This document shows positions 1 through 7,667 of a stretch of 37,343 bases of DNA, piece by piece (the stretch's first letter is position 1; each line of letters opens with the position of its first letter). The stretch is taken from the sequence record OP329100.1; one strand, written 5' to 3'. The notes beneath the pieces were generated by a model. The model searched no databases and was not told where the DNA came from. It saw nothing but the letters and a program-made list of their open reading frames with translations. Origin of the DNA: Pseudomonas phage LUZ100. Both the position numbers and the translations under genes were made by a program.

Positions 1-244
1 TGGCCCTGGAGTTCCCCCCGGTGGGGTGGGCACCTGGTCTGCGAATCGAGGCCGGTGCCGGGGGCTGCCGGTGCTGGTCGGGGGGCTGGCGACACAAGCC
101 ACGACACAAGATGCCCGCCAAGCCGCGCCGTTGCTGGGCTTGCGAGAGATTAGGAATCCATCGGCCTATCTAGTGGGCGCGCTACCGGGGCAATCCTGGG
201 GCTTTCCTGGGCGTTCTAGTGGGCTGGCCTGGGGCTTGGCCTTG
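1..244. repeat. Left direct terminal repeat (DTR), identical to 37100-37343
   Basis: Bases 1-244 read identically at 37100-37343 (tggccctggagttcccc...ggcttggccttg), as in T7-like linear genomes with terminal redundancy. Confidence 0.9.
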
Positions 245-367
245 CGCTTTTTCTTGTGTGGTCTTGTGGTGCGGTGTCTTATTTTTTTCCTTCGACCACA
301 ATATCTAGTGGTTCCCATGCAGTCACACCACAAGATATAGCGTTATGCCTACCTTCACGCAAAAGAC

Positions 368-396
368 TTGACATCCTATCCACCAGCGCATAAGAT
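368..396 (+). promoter_or_regulatory. Sigma70-type early promoter P1 (TTGACA-17 bp-TAAGAT)
   Basis: Perfect -35 TTGACA (368-373), 17-bp spacer, -10 TAAGAT (391-396); spacer carries B element copy 1. Confidence 0.6.
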
Positions 397-568
397 GCGC
401 AGCCATGGACGGTCATCTAGCGGCCTTCCAGCCCAGCCCCAAGCGCTGAACAGTCAAGGATAAAGACGTTAAAACCCGCGTAGCACTAGGGGCGCAGCAC
501 TGACCACTGGTACAGCCTCAAACGGTCAAGGCCAGACGATACAGACTGCAGGGCGATCCAAAAGCCGC

Positions 569-597
569 TTGACAAACTATCCACCAGCGCATAAGAT
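569..597 (+). promoter_or_regulatory. Sigma70-type early promoter P2 (TTGACA-17 bp-TAAGAT), tandem with P1
   Basis: TTGACA 569-574, 17-bp spacer, TAAGAT 592-597; identical 29-mer ctatccaccagcgcataagatgcgcagcc at 376-404 and 577-605. Confidence 0.6.
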
Positions 598-833
598 GCG
601 CAGCCAAGAGGGAAGCGAAAGCCAACCTCACCGACCTTCGGGTCACTGCTCTTTAACAATCTGGATGATGGTGCCCGTAGGTAACACAAACGGCAAGGAT
701 TGCCGGTAATCCCCAAGGATGGTGGATGCCTCAAGGCACATTGACTGGGTCATTCCCAGGATCAGTGCGCCTTGAAGTATCCACCCGCGAGATGGATGCG
801 TTGACGTATTGCCCAACAACTGGAGAACTACAG

Positions 834-989
834 ATGGCAAACGGTTTTGTGTTGTATGAAGGCCCGTCCGTTCTGGATGGCGCCCCTATTGTCGCAATCG
901 CCACTATGTCCACCAAGAACGCCAAGACTGGCGCGATGGTGCAAACGTGGATTCTGCGGGCTAATATGGCTCCCCTGGCTGCTTGCTGA
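834..989 (+). CDS. Small early hypothetical protein (51 aa), internal ATG of ORF 726-989
   Basis: ATG 834 preceded by GGAGAA RBS; downstream of P2; no recognisable domain. Confidence 0.3.
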   Translation: MANGFVLYEGPSVLDGAPIVAIATMSTKNAKTGAMVQTWILRANMAPLAAC

Positions 990-1116
990 CCGCTCTCGTG
1001 ACTGCCCGGTGGTTCCACCGCCAGGGCATTCGCACTGGACTCACCCGAGTTCGCAAAGGCCACTGGGTTGTGACGCCCAGGGCTTGAATTACCCCCACTA
1101 CTAGGAGAAATGACCT

Positions 1117-1518
1117 ATGAACGAAGCACTGAAAAAACTGGCCCTGGTCGCTCACGCCACCCTGGTCGCTAAGACTGTCGAGAAGGCTGTGACCTGCGAT
1201 GCCCTGGATGACCTGCAGATCGGCCAGACCTTCACCTTCGATGCTGTGAACCGTACCAAGACAGGTCGCCTCATGGTCGAGGGCATCGTGGAGAAGGTCT
1301 GTCACATGGACTTGGCCAAACTGATGCAGCACGGCCCGTTCACCATCGTGGCCACCTACAAGGGTGCGCTGACCGATGTTGTCTGCCAGGACGTGAGTGG
1401 TGAGCACTTCATGCTGCCGAGCGGTGTGTTCGTCCTGTTGAAGCGCTTCGAGAACGGCGACCTGCCGCCCGAGCTGCCCTTCGGTCTCGACTTTGAGGAT
1501 CTGCGAAAAGCTGCCTGA
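1117..1518 (+). CDS. Early hypothetical protein (133 aa)
   Basis: Strong RBS aggagaaatgacctATG; position of T7 class I (host-takeover) genes; no recognisable motif. Confidence 0.6.
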   Translation: MNEALKKLALVAHATLVAKTVEKAVTCDALDDLQIGQTFTFDAVNRTKTGRLMVEGIVEKVCHMDLAKLMQHGPFTIVATYKGALTDVVCQDVSGEHFMLPSGVFVLLKRFENGDLPPELPFGLDFEDLRKAA

Positions 1519-1540
1519 TTGATCATAAGTAGTGGCCTTC

Positions 1541-1568
1541 TAATGCCATTTCGATATTAGAGGGCCAC
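1541..1568 (+). promoter_or_regulatory. Intergenic extended hairpin, candidate RNase III-type processing site
   Basis: AGTGGCC...GGCCACT outer stem with inner TCTAAT/ATTAGA pairing; lies between two early genes like T7 R-sites. Confidence 0.3.
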
Positions 1569-1650
1569 TTGAAAGAAAGGCTTCTAGCCCCCAACCATTT
1601 GCGCCCGGATTCATACACAAAAGGGGCAATGCACCAAAGGAGCACACCGG

Positions 1651-1935
1651 ATGAATCAAACCATTGACAAACTGATCGAGTCCTCGAACGGACGCTTCCT
1701 GACCATCAAGTTCCTCAAGGACAACGGCGAAGTCCGCACCTTGAATGGACGTGTAGGTGTCCGCTGGGGCAACGTCCCGAGCAGCTACCGGCGGGACTCA
1801 AAGCACCGCAAGTTCTACCTGATCTACGTCCCTCACAAAGGTTACCGCCGAGTCAACGCTGACGCCGTGCTGGAGGTATCGCTGGACGGTGTCACGGTGA
1901 AGAACAACACGGTTCCTCCAGAGATCGCCGCATGA
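1651..1935 (+). CDS. Early hypothetical basic protein (94 aa)
   Basis: RBS aaaggagcacaccggATG; K/R-rich; no recognisable domain. Confidence 0.6.
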   Translation: MNQTIDKLIESSNGRFLTIKFLKDNGEVRTLNGRVGVRWGNVPSSYRRDSKHRKFYLIYVPHKGYRRVNADAVLEVSLDGVTVKNNTVPPEIAA

Positions 1936-2320
1936 TCTCCCTGGAGGATGCGCTGGACATCGGGGTGATCGTTCTCCTGATAGGCGTGACCGTGTTTTTC
2001 GTGAGCATCACTTAGGAGTAACTCGGTCTGGAATCGTCTGTCGTCGAGGCGGTACAGGGCGAAAGGAACTCGCAGGGCAAGACGTACTAGAGAGGCAGAC
2101 GCCCGAAGTCTGCTAAGTGCATAAGTTACAAGGGTTATACGAGAAGATGTACATCAGTTTTTGCTCTCCCCAAATCTTCGGAAAGCGGTGCTTTTTTGAG
2201 TTCGATAGTAATTCACGTCCGCAACAGATGCTAGACTGGATTGTCGAACCGAATGATGTTTTACTGTGGGTGTGGAGGTTCCACATCGTCATATCCAAAG
2301 AAACTAGGAGGTAACAAACC

Positions 2321-2650
2321 ATGGCTCTGACAGCTCTCGCAGTGATCGAGGAAGTACTCAAGCGGTTCCGCGACTTCGATCAGGAGATGCAGACTGCCCA
2401 GACATTCATCGCGGTCGCTATGCAGCCCGGCATCACCATGAAGGAGCTATCGGAGAAGGTTGGCATTTCTCAAGCGTCCTGCAGCCGCAACGTCTCGGCC
2501 CTGTCCCGAGTTCACCGGCTGAACAAGCCAGGGATGGATCTGGTTGTGGCTGCAGAAGACCCGATGGAACGCCGCCGTAAGGTAGTCAAGCTGACCCCGA
2601 AAGGGCAGCGCCTTGCCGAGACACTGACCCAACTGATCGAGGAGAAGTAA
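2321..2650 (+). CDS. MarR-family winged-helix transcriptional regulator (109 aa)
   Basis: RBS ctaggaggtaacaaaccATG; motif ELSEKVGISQASCSRNVSAL...ERRRKVVKLTPKGQRL typical of the MarR HTH and wing; lies just upstream of the integrase. Confidence 0.6.
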   Translation: MALTALAVIEEVLKRFRDFDQEMQTAQTFIAVAMQPGITMKELSEKVGISQASCSRNVSALSRVHRLNKPGMDLVVAAEDPMERRRKVVKLTPKGQRLAETLTQLIEEK

Positions 2651-2657
2651 CAGAGGT

Positions 2658-2743
2658 TGGTGCTCGGAGCGGGACTCGAACCCGCAAGACCGTAGGTCGG
2701 AGCATTTTAAGTGCTCTGTGTCTACCAATTTCACCATCCGAGC
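2658..2743 (-). tRNA. tRNA-Leu (anticodon TAA), 86 nt with long variable arm; likely attP core
   Basis: Minus-strand read GCTCGGATGGTGAAATTGGTAGACACAGAGCACTTAAAATGCTCCGACCTACGGTCTTGCGGGTTCGAGTCCCGCTCCGAGCACCA folds with a 7-bp acceptor stem, 3-bp D stem, anticodon loop CTTAAAA, 5-bp T stem GCGGG/CCCGC and CCA. Confidence 0.8.
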
Positions 2744-2755
2744 GAGGAGATACCC

Positions 2756-3829
2756 ATGCCGGTAAAGCCAAGAGGTCGTGGCTTTGAGGCCACAGTTAAC
2801 CACCAAGGGGGGAAGTACCGGAGGCAATTCACAACCCAGGTCGAAGCCGAAGCCTGGGAGAAGGCGACCAAAGCCGCCCTGATGAGGGGCGAGATGGTAT
2901 CAGAAACAACCAACTCTGCCAACGGAAATCCTAGCACTCTCAAGGAGTTGGCTGACTTAACTTACAAGCGATTCTGGCAAGGGCGCCCTGGAGGAGAAAC
3001 GGCCCTACGAAACGCAAAGCAGTGCATCAATATCCTCGGTGAGGGGATGTCCCCAGGCTCAGTAAACGAACAGCGCATCGACGACATGGTGTTCGCCCTA
3101 GAGCAGCTCGGGCTGTTCGACAGTACGATCAACCGCAAGCTCTCCGCTTTGTCCAAGATGCTGACCTTCGCCTATGAGCGGGGCTACATCAGCCGCAAGC
3201 CGAAGATCGAACGCAAGAAAGAACCCCAGAACCGCATCCGCTACTTCGACGAAGCAGAGGAGCAGCTCATCCTGGGAGCCTTCACCCACTTCGGGATGCT
3301 CGACATGGTCGACTTCTGCATCGTTGCAATCGACACCGGTATGCGGGTCGGTGAGATTCTGCGGATCGAAGACCGGGACGTAGCCAATGGGCTGGTGTCC
3401 GTGTGGCGCACGAAGAACGGTAAGGCAAGATCCATCCCGATGACGAAGCGCGTGGCTGAGGTATTGGAACGCCGCTTCAAGGAGGAGCGTCGCCGGATGA
3501 ACACCATCGGCAACGTGAAAGCCTTTGAGGGGTGGAACCACAGCAAGATCCGCACGCTGTGGGATCGAGTGCGCCGTCACCTGAAACTCATGACCGACCC
3601 GCAGTTCGTACCCCATGCAATGCGGCACACCTTCTGCTCCCGGCTGGTTCAGCGTGGAGTGGACATCGTGACGGTCTCGAAGCTGGCCGGTCACAGCTCC
3701 ATCGTAGTCACCATGCGGTACGCTCACCTCGCTCCCGATAGTCTGGCCCATGCCATTCGGAAGCTGGAAGAACCCGCAAAAGATGTAAATCCCCAAGCTC
3801 GACACACGACACAAGTTGTGTCGCGGTAG
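2756..3829 (+). CDS. int: Tyrosine-type site-specific integrase
   Basis: RBS gaggagataccc-ATG at 2756; C-terminal catalytic motifs HAMRHTFCSRLVQRGVDIVTVSKLAGHSSIVVTMRYAHL (H-x-x-R...H...Y); the ORF-track extension from 2711 would overlap the tRNA. Confidence 0.85.
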   Translation: MPVKPRGRGFEATVNHQGGKYRRQFTTQVEAEAWEKATKAALMRGEMVSETTNSANGNPSTLKELADLTYKRFWQGRPGGETALRNAKQCINILGEGMSPGSVNEQRIDDMVFALEQLGLFDSTINRKLSALSKMLTFAYERGYISRKPKIERKKEPQNRIRYFDEAEEQLILGAFTHFGMLDMVDFCIVAIDTGMRVGEILRIEDRDVANGLVSVWRTKNGKARSIPMTKRVAEVLERRFKEERRRMNTIGNVKAFEGWNHSKIRTLWDRVRRHLKLMTDPQFVPHAMRHTFCSRLVQRGVDIVTVSKLAGHSSIVVTMRYAHLAPDSLAHAIRKLEEPAKDVNPQARHTTQVVSR

Positions 3830-3960
3830 TGTCGAGAGCCGTGTTTGATGCGGTAGTGGAAAGGTTGAACATCAATAAAATCAACCACTTACGCTACGCA
3901 TAGTCTCCTGCAACAGACTTAAAAGGTCTTGCATCCGACTATCCACTGGCACATTGAATA

Positions 3961-3988
3961 ACCCGGCATCGTCCGGGTTTTCTTTTCC
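3961..3988 (+). terminator. Rho-independent terminator after int
   Basis: acccgg-catcgt-ccgggt stem-loop followed by tttctttt. Confidence 0.6.
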
Positions 3989-4019
3989 CATCAACTATCC
4001 ACTGTCGCAACCTTTGCAG

Positions 4020-4052
4020 ACCGCTCGACACAGGACACGAGCGGTTTGTGTC
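4020..4052 (+). terminator. Second hairpin (8-bp stem accgctcg/cgagcggt) with a weak T-tract, terminator or processing site
   Basis: Perfect 8-bp inverted repeat with 10-nt loop, then ttgtgtcg. Confidence 0.35.
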
Positions 4053-4080
4053 GTCACGGCTCTCTGACGCCCTGCTTGGC

Positions 4081-4103
4081 AATTACCACACAGTCTTGGA
4101 GCA
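4081..4103 (+). promoter_or_regulatory. Phage RNAP promoter, family A copy 1 (AATTACCACACAGTCTT|GGAGCA), upstream of the RNAP gene
   Basis: Matches the 7-copy family A consensus; resembles K11/T7/T3 promoters (AATTA at -17..-13, CACA at -9..-6, purine-rich GGA start). Confidence 0.6.
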
Positions 4104-4160
4104 CCGAGAGGTGACCTCCGAGGCCGGTTCCTTAAAGCCAAACTCAGAGAGATCCAATAG

Positions 4161-6686
4161 ATGACTTCCATCATCACCAACCAACTGATTCAGGAAATTG
4201 AGAACAACCAAGAGTGGCAAGAGAAGTTCGACCGTCAGGTAGAACTTGAGGAGAAGATGCGAGGTATGGGCGTCGACCGTCACTGGTCGGAGGTAGCCAA
4301 GGCCAGGGAGCGTGGTCAGGAAACCAGCGTCCGCTCCGTCCGCCGACTGATGAACTCGTCAGTCGCCAAGATCGCAGAAGGCATCCGCCAGTTCATCGAG
4401 AGCTGCGAGTCCGGCAAGGCTGGCCGCAAGCACAGCGCATACCCACTGCTCAAGCAGATCGAACCCGAGTCCGCAGCCCTGATCACCGCACGGGTGGTAC
4501 TGGATGGCGTGGCCAAGGGTGACCTGCTGGTTCCCCTGGCTCGCCGCGTTGCGTCCCTGATCGAGGACGAGCTGGCCTTCCGTGAGTTCGCCAAGGCGGA
4601 CAAGAAGACCTACGACTGGCTGGTCAAGCGCGAGAAGCGAGTCAACGGCAGCAGCTACCGCCGCCAGCGGCTGACCATGCTGCACAACATGGAGGCCCGC
4701 AACATCGCATGGCAGGAGTGGACTGCCCGCGAGTCCCTGCTGGTCGGCTCCAAGCTGATCGAGATCATGACCGAGACCACCGGCCTGATCCAGAAAGTCA
4801 CCCGCACCGTGGATGTGAAGCGCCAGGAGGTAGCCATCGAGGCCACCCCTGAGACCATCGCCTGGATCAACGAGGAGAACAACCGCTGCGAAGCTCTCTC
4901 CCCGGTGTACCTGCCCACCATCATCCCGCCTCGCCCCTGGACTTCACCGTTCGAGGGCGGCTACTGGACTCCGCGTGTCCGCCGACTGGCCCTGGTCAAG
5001 ACCCACTCGAAGGGGTACTTGGAGGAGCTGGCCGAACACGACATGCCGGAAGTCTACGATGCGATCAACGCCATGCAGCACACCGCCTGGGCCATCAATG
5101 GCCGGGTGCTGGAGGTGGTTCGCAACCTGTGGAACAACGGTGCCACTCTGGGTGGTATCCCTGCGGCTGACGATCTGCCGCTCCCGCCGAAGCCCCTGTT
5201 CCTTGAGCAGGAGCTGCCCCGCGAGGAGTGGTCGGAGGATCAGGTGCGCCAGTTCAAGGAGTGGAAGCGCGAGGCAACCGACACCTATGCGTCCAACGCG
5301 AAGCTGAAGTCCCTGCGTCTGCAGTTCGCCAAGGTGTTGATGATTGCCGAGATGTTCGAGCATGAGGAGGAAATCTACTTCCCGCACCAGTTCGACTTCC
5401 GTGGCCGGGCCTACGCTGTGCCGATGTTCCTGAACCCCCAAGGCAGCGACATCGCCAAGGGTCTGCTGGAGTTCGCCAATGCGGTAGCGATCAACGACGA
5501 GGAAGGTGCCAACTGGCTGGCCATCCACGGTGCCAACAGCTACGGCTACGACAAGGTCTCCCTGGCCGAGCGTGTGCGCTGGGTGCAGGAGAACGAGGGC
5601 GAGATCCTGGCCTGTGCTGCTGACCCGTACAGCCACAGCATGTGGGCCAAGGCCGACAAACCGTTCCAGTTCCTGGCGTTCTGCATCGAGTGGGCAGAGT
5701 TCAAGCGCGAGGGCTACGGCTACCTGTCGACCCTGCCCATCGCAATGGACGGTAGCTGCAACGGGCTGCAGAACTTCTCGGCCATGCTGCGTGATGCCAT
5801 CGGCGGCGAGGCCGTGAACCTCGTGCCCCAGGAGAAACCGGCGGACATCTACCAGAAGGTGGCCGACCGTGTGGTGCTGCGTGTCGAGGCTGATGCCATC
5901 GGCCAGGACGAGGAGCTGGCGAAGCTGGCCCAGGGCTGGCTCAAGCACGGCATCAACCGCAAGGTGTGCAAGCGCCCGGTGATGACCCTGGCCTACGGCG
6001 CCAAGGAGTTCGGCTTCAAGACCCAGGTGTTCGAGGACACCGTCATGCCGTACAAGCTGAAGGCTGGCAAGGAGTTCCCCTGGGAAGGCTCCGGCTGGGC
6101 TGCCGCTGAGTACATGGGCAAGCTGATCTGGGAGTGTGTCGGTGAGGTGGTGGTCGCTGCTCGTCAGGCTATGGACTGGCTGCAGAAGGCTGCGCGTCTG
6201 GCCGCGAAGGAAGGACTGCCGGTGCGCTGGAACACCCCGGACAATCTGGTCGTGCTCCAGGCGTACCCGAAGATGCTGACCGAGCGCATCGACCTGACCT
6301 TCGGGGGCAGCCGTCACCTGCTCACCGTGGCAGTCAGCCCGACCACCGAGCTGGATCGCAACAAGCAAGCCAACGGGATCAGCCCGAACTGGGTTCACTC
6401 GATGGACGCCAGCCACATGCGGGCCACTGTCCGCCGCTGCTGGAACGAGGGGATGCGCAGCTTCTCCCTGATCCACGACAGCTACGGCACCCACGCCGGG
6501 AACGCCTGGGCCTTGGCCAAGTTCCTGCGGGAGGAGTTCGTCATCATGTACGAGGAGGATGTGCTGGAAGACTTCAAGCGAGAACTGGAGCGGCAGCTCC
6601 CCGAAGGATCGGTGCTCGATCCGCTACCCCCGAAGGGCAACCTGAACTTGGCTCTGGTGCTGGAGTCCGCGTTCTTTTTTGCCTGA
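4161..6686 (+). CDS. T7-like single-subunit DNA-dependent RNA polymerase (841 aa)
   Basis: Collinear with T7 gene 1 product: PRPWTSPFEGGYWTPRVRRLALVKTHSK, DMPEVYDAINAMQHTAW, FPHQFDFRGRAYA, AMDGSCNGLQNFSAML, HDSYGTH, C-terminus PKGNLNLALVLESAFFFA. Confidence 0.95.
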   Translation: MTSIITNQLIQEIENNQEWQEKFDRQVELEEKMRGMGVDRHWSEVAKARERGQETSVRSVRRLMNSSVAKIAEGIRQFIESCESGKAGRKHSAYPLLKQIEPESAALITARVVLDGVAKGDLLVPLARRVASLIEDELAFREFAKADKKTYDWLVKREKRVNGSSYRRQRLTMLHNMEARNIAWQEWTARESLLVGSKLIEIMTETTGLIQKVTRTVDVKRQEVAIEATPETIAWINEENNRCEALSPVYLPTIIPPRPWTSPFEGGYWTPRVRRLALVKTHSKGYLEELAEHDMPEVYDAINAMQHTAWAINGRVLEVVRNLWNNGATLGGIPAADDLPLPPKPLFLEQELPREEWSEDQVRQFKEWKREATDTYASNAKLKSLRLQFAKVLMIAEMFEHEEEIYFPHQFDFRGRAYAVPMFLNPQGSDIAKGLLEFANAVAINDEEGANWLAIHGANSYGYDKVSLAERVRWVQENEGEILACAADPYSHSMWAKADKPFQFLAFCIEWAEFKREGYGYLSTLPIAMDGSCNGLQNFSAMLRDAIGGEAVNLVPQEKPADIYQKVADRVVLRVEADAIGQDEELAKLAQGWLKHGINRKVCKRPVMTLAYGAKEFGFKTQVFEDTVMPYKLKAGKEFPWEGSGWAAAEYMGKLIWECVGEVVVAARQAMDWLQKAARLAAKEGLPVRWNTPDNLVVLQAYPKMLTERIDLTFGGSRHLLTVAVSPTTELDRNKQANGISPNWVHSMDASHMRATVRRCWNEGMRSFSLIHDSYGTHAGNAWALAKFLREEFVIMYEEDVLEDFKRELERQLPEGSVLDPLPPKGNLNLALVLESAFFFA

Positions 6687-6736
6687 TACAATCCACTAGC
6701 GCATAGGTTGCGCATGTGTAACGTCGAGCCAGGCGG

Positions 6737-6759
6737 GATTACCACACAGGTATGGAAGA
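6737..6759 (+). promoter_or_regulatory. Phage RNAP promoter, family A copy 2 (GATTACCACACAGGTAT|GGAAGA)
   Basis: Family A consensus; tandem pair just after the RNAP gene, analogous to T7 phi1.1A/phi1.1B. Confidence 0.6.
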
Positions 6760-6783
6760 CCGCGCTGGCTCCACCCCCAAGGC

Positions 6784-6806
6784 GATTACCACACAGGTAT
6801 GGAAGA
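6784..6806 (+). promoter_or_regulatory. Phage RNAP promoter, family A copy 3, 47 bp from copy 2
   Basis: Identical 26-mer attaccacacaggtatggaagaccgc to copy 2. Confidence 0.6.
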
Positions 6807-6838
6807 CCGCCCACCCACCAGATCACGAGGAGAACTTC

Positions 6839-6964
6839 ATGAGCGCACTCGACAGAGCAATCACCTACTGGAGCGAAGACATGCCGATCCCCTTGGATCT
6901 GGCCATGGAGCTGGCCAGCGAGGGCTACGACGTGGAAGCCCTTGAGGACTTCTATCGCCAGTAA
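6839..6964 (+). CDS. Very acidic small protein (41 aa; MSALDRAITYWSEDMPIPLDLAMELASEGYDVEALEDFYRQ)
   Basis: RBS gaggagaacttcATG; first gene after the RNAP and tandem promoters (T7 gene 1.1/1.2 position); 11 D/E against 2 K/R. Confidence 0.5.
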   Translation: MSALDRAITYWSEDMPIPLDLAMELASEGYDVEALEDFYRQ

Positions 6965-7010
6965 CTATCCACAAACGCATTTAACCCACGACAACTGTGA
7001 GGACAACTGA

Positions 7011-7667
7011 ATGACCGACAAGAAAGCCCGCAACCCCCGTTACGTCACCCAGGTTGGTGTTGCCATCTACCCGCACCTCGTTGAGCCGGACACCAAGTTC
7101 AACGCCGAGGGCGAGTACAAGGTGAAGCTGCGCCTGTCCCCGGACTCGGTAATCACCGACGCCAAGGGCAAGCGTGTTGCTGACGTGCAGAGCTTCATCG
7201 ACGAGATGATGGGCAAAGCCCTGGAGAAGGCGCAGCAGGAGAACAAGGGCAAGATCAAGGAGGCCGATGCGCCCTACGAGATCGACGACGAGACCGGCGA
7301 AGTGCTGGTCAACTTCAAGCTGAAGGCCACCGGCAAGACCCGCGATGGCAAGGAGTTCACCCAGAAGCCCGCGCTGTTCGACGCCAAGGGCAAGCCCGCT
7401 GAGGTCAAGGGTGTCTGGGGCGGCAGCAAGATCAAGGTTTCGTTCGAGGTCGTGCCGTTCTACACCAAGCTGATCGGTGCCGGTGTCTCGCTACGCCTCA
7501 AGGCCGTGCAGATCATCGAGCTGGTAGCCGGTGGCAACGGCGGTTCCGCTGACAGCTACGGCTTCGGTGAGGAAGAAGGCTTCGAGGCTGAGGACGAAGC
7601 AGCCGACAACGGGTTCAGCTCCGACGACGAAGGCGGCTCCGCACCGGCTGACGACGAGGACTTCTGA
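7011..7667 (+). CDS. ssDNA-binding protein, T7 gp2.5-like (218 aa)
   Basis: Position after RNAP; acidic C-terminal tail ending ...ADDEDF (terminal Phe as in gp2.5); RBS gagga. Confidence 0.75.
   Translation: MTDKKARNPRYVTQVGVAIYPHLVEPDTKFNAEGEYKVKLRLSPDSVITDAKGKRVADVQSFIDEMMGKALEKAQQENKGKIKEADAPYEIDDETGEVLVNFKLKATGKTRDGKEFTQKPALFDAKGKPAEVKGVWGGSKIKVSFEVVPFYTKLIGAGVSLRLKAVQIIELVAGGNGGSADSYGFGEEEGFEAEDEAADNGFSSDDEGGSAPADDEDF

Noticed and set aside
26-340. 104-aa ORF within the left DTR, and 37027-37272 / 36997-37220 ORFs in the right DTR
   Set aside because: They lie inside the terminal repeat and so would be duplicated. The translations are Gly/Arg/Pro-rich with no RBS. Terminal repeats in T7-like phages are non-coding
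2711-2755. N-terminal extension of the integrase ORF (start at 2711, MLCVYQFHHPSEEIP)
   Set aside because: The extension overlaps the 5' part of the tRNA-Leu gene. ATG 2756 has a good RBS (gaggaga) and starts right after the tRNA
3929-3957. B element copy 3 as a sigma70 promoter (TTGCAT-17-CATTGA)
   Set aside because: The -35 is acceptable but the -10 matches TATAAT at only 2 of 6 positions at any reasonable spacing. Only the two left-end B copies have convincing sigma70 hexamers
4944-6494. 516-aa minus-strand ORF inside the RNAP gene, plus other long minus-strand ORFs (for example 22784-25036 750 aa, 30753-32117 454 aa, 26179-27477 432 aa, 7984-9132 382 aa, 21069-22160 363 aa)
   Set aside because: All lie antisense to strongly supported + strand genes (RNAP, tail tube B, gp16, gp15, amidase region, capsid). 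High-GC coding DNA gives long stop-free antisense frames. They have no RBS and low-complexity G/A/R/L/V-rich translations
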